A stretch of 64,000 nucleotides of DNA, taken from contig OZ253555.1 in NCBI GenBank assembly GCA_965262725.1, positions 3,488,001-3,552,000 of the forward strand. Direction: 5' to 3'. This document shows positions 18,307 through 25,555 of the stretch, one piece after another. The translations under genes were made by a program, and so were the position numbers. The notes beneath the pieces were generated by a model. That model worked only from the letters and a program-made list of their open reading frames with translations. It searched no databases and was not told the origin of the DNA. The stretch's first letter is position 1, and every line of letters starts with the position of its first letter. The DNA is from Dehalococcoidia bacterium (lineage in GTDB: Bacteria; Chloroflexota; Dehalococcoidia; UBA2979).

Positions 18307-19398
18307 CTACGCCGCCTCGGCCGCGCGCGCGTGGCGCAACGGCTCGTAGACCTCCCCGCTCTTCCAGAGCGCAAGCATCAGCACCGCCAGTCGCCTCGCG
18401 ACCGCGACGACGGCACGCTTCTTCGCATTGCCGGCCCCCGACTCCGCGTAACGCAGCCCCCACCTGCGGAGGTCGCTGTCGGGGCCGAAGGGGCCCAGGA
18501 TGTAGTGCGCGGCCTGGTTCAGCACCCGGCGCAGCGCCACGTCCCCTTCCTTCGTGATCCGCAGCTGGGGCTGCCGATCACCGGAATCGCGGCTCCGGGG
18601 CACCAGCCCCAGGTAGGGCCCCACCTCCCTGTTCTTGGGGAAGCGGGCCGGGTCCTCGATGGTGAGGATGAAGGTGAGCGAGGTGATCGGGCCGACGCCC
18701 ACGATCTGCCGCAGCGCGCCGGTCTCCGCGTAGCGCTCGCACATCGCGGCGAGCTTCTTGTCGGCCTGGCGGATCTCCCCGGTCAGCTGCTCGATCTGGT
18801 GGAGCACCGGCAGCAGCGCCGGGCCCAGCTCCTCGGGGATGTGCTCTCTGACCGCGCGGTGGAAGGCCGGCGCCGTGCAGCCCGGAAGCGCCGCGCCCCA
18901 CGCCTTCACCGCGCCCCGGACGTGGTTGATGAACATCGTGCGCGCCCGGACCAGCGCCTCGCGGCTGCGGAGCACCTGGAGGTCCGCCTGCGCCATGGCG
19001 CTTCGGTGCCGGATGGGGAAGAGGAGCGCCGGGTCGAATCGGCCGAGCCGTGCGAGGTGCTCGGCATCGGAGCGGTCGGTCTTGCGCTGGCTGCGCGCGA
19101 TCAGCCTGACCTGCCTCGGGTTGGCGACGATCACGTCGTGACCGAGCTCCGCGAACATCCGGCTCAGCCACGGGGAACGCGGCCCCACCTCCATCACCAC
19201 CCGGGCGCCCTGCAGTGGGGTGAGCGCCCGCGTGAGCGCCGCGGTCGTGGTGCGGACTCGCTCCTCCCGCACGATCTCCCCGTCGCCACCGAGGACGCAG
19301 AGGTGGCTGTAGCGGTCGCTGACGTCGATGCCGACAGTCACGAGCTCCGCATCCCCCACCTTCCTGCTCTCTGTGACATCTGATGTACGCTGTGCCAC
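18307..19398 (-). CDS. IS110-family DEDD recombinase/transposase
   Basis: GIDVS, VMEVG, KTDRSDA (DEDD residues); GVGPITS; YLGLVPRSRDSG; AVARRLA; GTG start after AGGAG. Confidence 0.95.
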   Translation of the reverse strand: MAQRTSDVTESRKVGDAELVTVGIDVSDRYSHLCVLGGDGEIVREERVRTTTAALTRALTPLQGARVVMEVGPRSPWLSRMFAELGHDVIVANPRQVRLIARSQRKTDRSDAEHLARLGRFDPALLFPIRHRSAMAQADLQVLRSREALVRARTMFINHVRGAVKAWGAALPGCTAPAFHRAVREHIPEELGPALLPVLHQIEQLTGEIRQADKKLAAMCERYAETGALRQIVGVGPITSLTFILTIEDPARFPKNREVGPYLGLVPRSRDSGDRQPQLRITKEGDVALRRVLNQAAHYILGPFGPDSDLRRWGLRYAESGAGNAKKRAVVAVARRLAVLMLALWKSGEVYEPLRHARAAEAA

Positions 19399-19946
19399 GG
19401 TCGGTCTCCTACCTCTCTCGGCTCGCCTGAGCCGTTCTCCTGGGCCACCACGTGAGCCCGTGCTTGGAGGGGAAGTATCCCCTCTGAGGAGGGGACCGAC
19501 CCTCATGTCATCTTGTTCGCCGCCTTCATCGCTCGTACGGCCCCATCAGACTGCTGCGCATCGTTCATCATCGGCTACGGTTTACGTCCCTTCCCGACGC
19601 GGTCCCGGCGTACGACTCGTCGGGACAACGCGCAGCTCTCCCAAGTCCCGGCGATAGACGTGTGTGCGTGCATGGGGTCTTCGACACCGTGGGGCCCGAC
19701 CACGACTCGCCAGTAGCGCCGTCGCCGGTATTGCCTTCGACCAATCCAAGAGCCTCGGCACCCCAAATGGCCCTTTCGATGCTCATTAGCCCCGCCCGCA
19801 CACCCCGCTGCCGACGCTTCACAAGCCGCCTCGCGACGACCCGCGCACGGCTCGCGGAATGACATGAGTGGCTAGCTCTTTGCCATAGAGGACTTCCACC
19901 TCCTGCCTACTCGCCAGTTAGCCTGGCGCTCTGGATCAGGGCTTAT

Positions 19947-20294
19947 GCGCAGCCGTGCGACGTGCTCTCGCCGAACGCACTCGGCGGCGTGTTGAACGAT
20001 GTGACGATCCGCAAGTTGCGCTGCCGCATCGTCTGCGGCGGGGCGAACAACCAGTTGCAACGCGACCCCGCCGACGCCGAACTCCTTAGCCGCACGCGGG
20101 ATCGCGTATGCGCCGGACTACGTCGTGAACGCTGGCGGCGCCATCGAGGTCGGTGTCGACTACGGCGTCGGCTCGACGGCGTCGGAGCAACCGTGCTGGA
20201 GCTGCTAAGCCGCGCAGAGCGCGAGGGCATCTCGACCGCGGAGGCGGCGTTGCGGAGCGTTGACGTCCGACTCGCGCGGGCGCTGGCCGGGTGA
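19947..20294 (+). pseudogene. Leu/Val/Phe dehydrogenase, 3' part (frameshift near 20090)
   Basis: QPCDVLSPNALGG...CGGANNQL, then in another frame GIAYAPDYVVNAGGAI. Confidence 0.85.
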
Positions 20295-20319
20295 GGCGGA
20301 ACGGCGCGGCCGGGCCACA

Positions 20320-20485
20320 CGAGACGTACGGACGCGGGTGTCCCAACGCCTCAACCCGTCACCGTTGCGCCGTGCCCCGCGTGCCCCGCTGCGCTCGCCG
20401 CAGCCCGCGCCTACCTGCGCCGAGACGCCGGCGTCCACTACCGCCTTGAGCGCCGCCTCGGCCTCGCGCAGAACATCCGCAGACG
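20320..20485 (-). pseudogene. IS256-family transposase N-terminal remnant
   Basis: ADVLRE...VSAQVGAGCGERSGARGARRNGDGLRRWDTRV resembles the mutator-type IGA..YERS...RNGYR.R.WDTRVG motif. Confidence 0.6.
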
Positions 20486-20545
20486 AGACGGCTGATGGGA
20501 GGACGAGAGGCGACGGGTGGGGCGCGGGCGTGACACACTGACGGG

Positions 20546-21241
20546 GTGGGGACGCCGGAGCCGGGGCTGTGCGGGGACTGCCGGTGGGCACGGGCGGTCG
20601 TGAGCGACCGCGGCTCGCGCTTCCTGCGCTGCGGCCGCGCCGACGACGATCCCTCGTTCCCGCGCTACCCCGCCCTTCCCGTGCGGGAGTGCCCGGGCTT
20701 CTCGCCGGCTCCGCGTGTGGCCGGAGGGCGCGAGAGGACCGCGAACGGCGGGCCCGGCGCCCGCTCCCCGGGCGTGATCCCGCTCACCCCCGCGGCGACG
20801 GCGGCGGACCCGACCACGACACCCGGGCCGGAATCCACGCTCTTCCGGCGCATCGGCGGCCGCCCGACCGTTGAGCGTCTCGTCGCCGAGTTCTACGCAC
20901 GCATCGAGCGCGACCCCGAGCTGCGCCCGCTCTTCCCCGCGGACCTCGGGCCGGGCCGCGAGAAGCAGGCGCTCTTCCTCGAGCAGTGGCTCGGCGGCGA
21001 GCCGCGCTACAGCGCGCTCTACGGCCACCCGAGGCTCAGGAGGCGCCACTTCCCGTTCGTGATCGATGAGCGGGCCGCCGGCCGCTGGCTGCACCACATG
21101 GCGGAGGCGACGCGGGCGACCGGTATCGCCGCACCCGAGCGCACCGAGATCGTGCGCGGCCTCGGCCCGCTCGCCCGTCACATGACGAACGCCGGTGACG
21201 ACGTGCCGCGGGCTCCGCTCGAGGACCCACGGCTCTCCTAG
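20546..21241 (+). CDS. group II truncated hemoglobin fused to an N-terminal four-Cys domain
   Basis: IGG..VERLVAEFY, LEQWLGGEPRYS, GHPRLRRRH, GRWLHHM (trHbO motifs); N-terminus CGDC...RC...RYPALPVRECPGF. Confidence 0.85.
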   Translation: MGTPEPGLCGDCRWARAVVSDRGSRFLRCGRADDDPSFPRYPALPVRECPGFSPAPRVAGGRERTANGGPGARSPGVIPLTPAATAADPTTTPGPESTLFRRIGGRPTVERLVAEFYARIERDPELRPLFPADLGPGREKQALFLEQWLGGEPRYSALYGHPRLRRRHFPFVIDERAAGRWLHHMAEATRATGIAAPERTEIVRGLGPLARHMTNAGDDVPRAPLEDPRLS

Positions 21242-22414
21242 TGTCCTGATTCGTAATAGCGACAGATAACGGGTATGGTGGCACAGCGGGGTTTTGCCCC
21301 ATGGGGCAGACTCTGGAGTGTCATGAGCACCCGAATCGGACGGCCGACGGTCGCGATCGTCCTGAGCGACGAGGAGCGTGAGACGCTGGAGCGGTGGGCG
21401 CGCCGGCCGACATCGGCCCAGGCGCTGGCGCTGCGCTGTCGCATCGTCCTGGCAGCGGCCGAGGGGACATCGAATAAAGCGATCGCCGCGGCGCTCGATT
21501 GCCATCCGGTCACCGTCGGCAAGTGGCGCCGGCGCTTTGCGCAGGGGCGGCTCGATGGGCTACAGGATGAGCCGCGCCCCGGGGCGCCGCGCACGATCGC
21601 CGATGCACAGGTGGAAGCGGTGATCGTCACGACGCTGGAGGAGCAGCCTCCCAACGCGACGCACTGGTCGACCCGATCGATGGCAGCCGCGGTCGGGATG
21701 TCGCAGTCGGCGATCTTCAGGATCTGGCGCGCCTTCGGCCTGAAGCCGCACCTCGTGGAGAGCTTCAAGCTGTCGCCCGACCCGCAGTTCATCGACAAGG
21801 TGCGCGACGTGGCCGGGCTCTATCTCAACCCGCCCGACGCGGCGGTTGTGCTGTGCGTGGACGAGAAGACCCAGATCCAGGCACTCGACCGCACCGCGCC
21901 GACGGTGCCGATGATGCCCGGCGTCCCCGCCCGCCAGACGCACGACTACATCCGTCACGGCACGACGAACCTCTACGCGGCGCTCGATGTCGCCTCGGGA
22001 TGCGTGATCACGGAGATGACCCCCCGGCACCGGGCTCGGGAGTTCCAGCAGTTCCTCGCCCTCATCGACCAAAGCGTTCCCCATGAGCTGGCGGTGCATG
22101 TCGTGCTCGACAACGTCTCCACGCACCGCACGCCCGCCATCCAGCGCTGGCTCCAGCGCCATCCCCGCTTCACCTTCCATTTCACGCCGACCTACAGCTC
22201 CTGGATGAACCTCGTGGAGCGCTGGTTTGCAGAGCTCACCAGCAAGTGGCTCCGGCGCGGCACGCACCATAGCGTCCCTGATCTGATCCGCTCAGTGGAG
22301 ATGTGGGTCGCCAGCTGGAACGAGAATCCGAGGCCCTTCATCTGGCACAAGTCCGCGGACCAGATCCTTGACAACCTCGCCGGATATCTAGAGCGCATCC
22401 CTGAATCGGGACAC
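21241..22414 (+). mobile_element. IS630-family element
   Basis: TA duplicated (21239-21240, 22415-22416); IRs GTGTCCTGATTC / GAATCGGGACAC. Confidence 0.9.
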
Positions 22415-22417
22415 TAG
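21323..22417 (+). CDS. IS630 transposase
   Basis: HTH N-terminus, THWSTR, CVDEKTQIQAL, YIRHGT, VLDN, TPTYSSWMNLVERWF; the stop codon uses the target TA. Confidence 0.95.
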   Translation: MSTRIGRPTVAIVLSDEERETLERWARRPTSAQALALRCRIVLAAAEGTSNKAIAAALDCHPVTVGKWRRRFAQGRLDGLQDEPRPGAPRTIADAQVEAVIVTTLEEQPPNATHWSTRSMAAAVGMSQSAIFRIWRAFGLKPHLVESFKLSPDPQFIDKVRDVAGLYLNPPDAAVVLCVDEKTQIQALDRTAPTVPMMPGVPARQTHDYIRHGTTNLYAALDVASGCVITEMTPRHRAREFQQFLALIDQSVPHELAVHVVLDNVSTHRTPAIQRWLQRHPRFTFHFTPTYSSWMNLVERWFAELTSKWLRRGTHHSVPDLIRSVEMWVASWNENPRPFIWHKSADQILDNLAGYLERIPESGH

Positions 22418-23625
22418 GGGTTCTCTGAACAGGTCGCCGCGTCGTTACTGGAGCACATGCACACTCCGATGACTATATGCGATCATGGCACTCCTCCGGG
22501 AAAGGGGAGCGCTGCCATGCATCAGCCGACATTCGCGAGAGTCGAGTTCGAGCGGGATGGCTACAAGACGCGCCGCCAGAAGTTCCTCGAACGGCTGGAT
22601 GGCCTCGTCCCGTGGCAGAGGTTCGAAGCAGCCATCGAGCCCCACTACCCGAAACCGGGCCGCGGGCGGAGGCCCTACCCGCTCTCCGTGATGCTGCGCA
22701 TCCATACCGTGCAACTCTGCTACAACCTCAGCGACCCCGGCATGGAGGATCTGCTCCACGAGGCCGAGTCGGTGCGAGCCTTCTGCTTCCTCACGCTCTC
22801 CGAGCCCATCCCCGACGAGACGACGATCCTCAACTTCCGGCACCTGCTCGAGCGCCACTCCCTGGGTAGCAGGATCCTCCAACTCATCAACGAGCACCTC
22901 ACGAGCAAGGGATTGAAGCTGAGCGAGGGCAGCATCGTGGATGCGACCATCATCTCGGCGCCATCGTCGACGAAGAATCGCGGGCGGGCGCGGGACCCGG
23001 AGATGCATCAGACCAAGAAGGGGAAACAGTGGTTCTTCGGGATGAAGCTGCACATCGGCGCCGACAGGGATACTGGACTGGTCCACAACTTCACGACCAC
23101 GCCTGCGAACGTGTCGGACGTGTCTGAGACGCACCGCCTGCTGCACGGCGAGGAAGCCGAGGTCTACGGCGACGCCGGGTACCGGGGCGTGCAGAAGAGA
23201 CCCGAGAACGCGGACTCCAGGGTCAAGGACTGGAACGTGGCGATGCGCCCGGGCCTCCGGCGTGCGCTCGACCCGGAGAGTCCTGAGGCCGTCGAGGAGA
23301 AGCGGAAGGCATCGGTGCGAGCGCTGGTGGAGCACCCGTTCTACAGCGTGAAGCGGCGCTTCGGCTACGCCAAGGTGCGGTACCGGGGTCTCTTCAAGAA
23401 CCACGAGCGGTGTGCGGTCTTGCTGGGGTTCCACAACCTGCTCACCGCGAAGCCGCACCGTGCCTGACCGTGGGTGGAGTGCGCCCTCCCCGCCCCACAC
23501 GGGGCGAGGAGGGGAGCCACAGGGGCCCGCGAGGGGGCGGATATGACCACTGTCATCGGGAATCCGCCTGAGAGCGCCTGACCGCGGCGAAACTGGGTCG
23601 CTAGACCCACCTGATCAGACTTGCC
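22418..23625 (+). mobile_element. IS5-family element
   Basis: CTAG on both sides (22414-22417, 23626-23629); IRs GGGTTCTCTGAACAGGT / ACCTGATCAGACTTGCC. Confidence 0.85.
22517..23467 (+). CDS. IS5 transposase
   Basis: MLRIH, IPDETTILNFRHLLE, IVDATII, FGMKLHIGAD, YGDAGY, RALVEHPF, VRYRGL. Confidence 0.95.
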   Translation: MHQPTFARVEFERDGYKTRRQKFLERLDGLVPWQRFEAAIEPHYPKPGRGRRPYPLSVMLRIHTVQLCYNLSDPGMEDLLHEAESVRAFCFLTLSEPIPDETTILNFRHLLERHSLGSRILQLINEHLTSKGLKLSEGSIVDATIISAPSSTKNRGRARDPEMHQTKKGKQWFFGMKLHIGADRDTGLVHNFTTTPANVSDVSETHRLLHGEEAEVYGDAGYRGVQKRPENADSRVKDWNVAMRPGLRRALDPESPEAVEEKRKASVRALVEHPFYSVKRRFGYAKVRYRGLFKNHERCAVLLGFHNLLTAKPHRA

Positions 23626-24396
23626 CTAGCCGCTGCTCCGCTCCGCGAGGTGCAGCGAGACGCCGCCGAGCGCGAGGAGACGTACCTCGGTGACGCGGAA
23701 GCCTGAGCGCCGGATCGCCGCCGTCAGCTCCCGCGCCGAGAGGAAGTGCCCCACCGACTCCGGAAGGTAGCTGTAGGCGTCGCGGTGGCGGGAGACGACG
23801 CGGCCGAGCGCCGGGACGACGCCGCGCATGTACATCCTCCCCGCCAGGGCGAGCGGGCCGCCCTCCATCCGGGGCAGGTCGAGGATCGCCAGGCGGCCCG
23901 ACGGCCCGAGCACGCGATGCGCCTCTGAGAGCGCCGCGCTCAGATCCGGGACGTTGCGCACGACGAAGGCCGAGCACCAGGCGTCGAGGGAGCCGGCGGC
24001 GAGGGGCAGCGCGGTCGCATCCGCGATCGCGAACGAGGTGGCGGCTCCCCCCCGCCCGGAGCGCTTCGCCGCCTTCTCCCGGGCGCGCACCACCATCGGA
24101 GCCGCGAAGTCGACGCCCAGCACCGACTCGGCGCCCGCCTCGGCGAGGGCGAAGGCGAGGTCGCCGGTTCCGCACCCGACGTCGACCACGCTGTCGCCCG
24201 GCCTCACCAGGGCGCTTGCGGCAAGCCTCCTCCACGCCTGGTGGCGCCCGCCCGTCATCAGCGTGTTCATCACGTCGTAGCGGGGCGCGATGCTCGCGAA
24301 CATCGACCGCACGTAGCGCGCACGGTCCGCCCCCGGATCGAAGGGGCTCGTCCCGGCCGCCGCCCGGTCAGCGCCGGCGCGTCGTGACTGCTCCAT
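23626..24396 (-). CDS. ubiE: UbiE/MenG-family quinone C-methyltransferase
   Basis: MFASIAPRYDVMNTLMTGGRH..W, VDVGCGTGD, VRNV, AYSYLPESV. Confidence 0.9.
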   Translation of the reverse strand: MEQSRRAGADRAAAGTSPFDPGADRARYVRSMFASIAPRYDVMNTLMTGGRHQAWRRLAASALVRPGDSVVDVGCGTGDLAFALAEAGAESVLGVDFAAPMVVRAREKAAKRSGRGGAATSFAIADATALPLAAGSLDAWCSAFVVRNVPDLSAALSEAHRVLGPSGRLAILDLPRMEGGPLALAGRMYMRGVVPALGRVVSRHRDAYSYLPESVGHFLSARELTAAIRRSGFRVTEVRLLALGGVSLHLAERSSG

Positions 24397-24490
24397 CGGC
24401 TCTCCCCTGCGGCCCAGCCTACGGCGAAGCGGGCGCAGCGGGGAGGCGGGCCGCGGGCGGGCGCGCGCGGACCCTTCCGGCCTCGCCGCT

Positions 24491-24496
24491 TATACT
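24491..24496 (+). promoter_or_regulatory. candidate -10 box of the nurA operon
   Basis: TATACT in very GC-rich intergenic DNA about 55 bp upstream of the ATG. Confidence 0.4.
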
Positions 24497-24550
24497 CCGG
24501 CCATCCCGACGACTCCCCGTCCGGCCGGCTCCCCGGCGTGGTGGTGCGCG

Positions 24551-25555
24551 ATGGCGCTTAGGCTCCTTCCCTGGGCCTCCGAGTTCGGGGCCGGCATCGA
24601 GGCGGCCGTCGAGCCCACGCCGCTCCAGGCGATCGAGGTCGACACAGGCGTCGAGCGCGCCGAGTGGAGTGCCGTGACGCCGGCCGCCCCCGAGCCCGGG
24701 GCCATGCGCATCGTGGACGGCGTGCGCCGCGTCGAGGCGCACGCGATGGAGGACGAAACCGGGGACTCGCCGTGGGGCGATGACGGCCCGGCGATCGGCC
24801 TCTTCGGCTCCTTCGCAGTGGGTGCCGTCGCCCTCGACTCCGGGGCGCCCGCGCGCATCCTGGAGTCGTCCATACGCCTCGAACGCCGCTACCTCCGGAC
24901 CTCTGGAGAGCCGGCGGAGCGGGTGATGTCGGCTGGACGGGCGGAGCTTCGCTTCCGACCGCGGCTCGCGCAGAAGGCCTCCACCCCCCGCGACCTCGTC
25001 GCCGCGCTGAACCGGGCGATGCTGGATGAGGAGGCGGCGCTCGCGGCCGAGCTCTCAGCCCCCGGCGACGCGCTCGTCCTCGTCGACGGGCCGCTCCGGC
25101 TGCGCCAGCCGGGGGACCGCGCCGTCGGCTACGTGAAGCGCATCCACCAGTGGTACGTGGGGCCCGCGGAGCGCGCGCTCGCCGGGACGCTCGCCGTCGG
25201 CGAGCGCACGCCGCTCTTCCGCATCGAGGGGGCGCCCCAGCCGGGGCGCTACGCCTGGTACGCGCGGACGGCGGAGCTCGGGCGGCGCTTCCACCCGCTC
25301 GGCGGCGTGGTGCGAATGGAGTGCCACGGCGCCCTCCCCGTGGGCGGCGCCGCGCGACTCGCCGACGAGGCAACCTCCGCGCTTCCCCGCCTCGTCCCGA
25401 CGCCGGCCCGCGATCCCCGGGCCCCGCAGAACCTGCTGCCGGTCGGCGCGCTGGAGCGGGCGCTCACGCACCGCCTCGGCGATCGCCGCTGGGTGCGGCG
25501 GATCCTCACCGCCTCCTTCTCCGAGGGATCCGCCTTCGTGGAGCGTCCGGCGTGA
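24551..25555 (+). CDS. nurA: NurA-family nuclease
   Basis: IVDGVRR, LVDGPL, GYVKR, DPRAPQNLLPVGALE; stop overlaps the herA start (GTGA). Confidence 0.75.
   Translation: MALRLLPWASEFGAGIEAAVEPTPLQAIEVDTGVERAEWSAVTPAAPEPGAMRIVDGVRRVEAHAMEDETGDSPWGDDGPAIGLFGSFAVGAVALDSGAPARILESSIRLERRYLRTSGEPAERVMSAGRAELRFRPRLAQKASTPRDLVAALNRAMLDEEAALAAELSAPGDALVLVDGPLRLRQPGDRAVGYVKRIHQWYVGPAERALAGTLAVGERTPLFRIEGAPQPGRYAWYARTAELGRRFHPLGGVVRMECHGALPVGGAARLADEATSALPRLVPTPARDPRAPQNLLPVGALERALTHRLGDRRWVRRILTASFSEGSAFVERPA

Larger units (their letters stand above)
17960..19513 (-). mobile_element. IS110-family element, IS1111 subgroup
   Basis: Subterminal IRs ATGAGGGTCG lie 7 nt inside the left end (19497-19506) and 3 nt inside the right end (17963-17972). 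Long non-coding region downstream of tnp. Removal restores the intron sequence CGAACAAGGGGGC. Confidence 0.9.
16461..19931 (-). mobile_element. group II intron (IIB-like, probably bacterial class E) interrupted by IS110
   Basis: 5' GAGCGCCAGG, GGAAGTCC, GAAGGCAA, GACCCCATGCACG, AGTCTGA, GATGAAG..CGAACAA; RT ORF; DV GAGCCGGATGCCCGAGAGGGCACGTCCGGATCTG; DVI ending CCCTACCGCGAA. Confidence 0.9.
14812..19941 (-). mobile_element. IS1380-family element carrying a nested group II intron and IS110
   Basis: CTTAT duplicated at 14807-14811 and 19942-19946. IRs CTCGAATCCACCGAA and reconstituted CCCTGATCCA|CCGAA (12/15). Removal restores DAAY-AQPCDVLSPNALGG. Confidence 0.88.
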
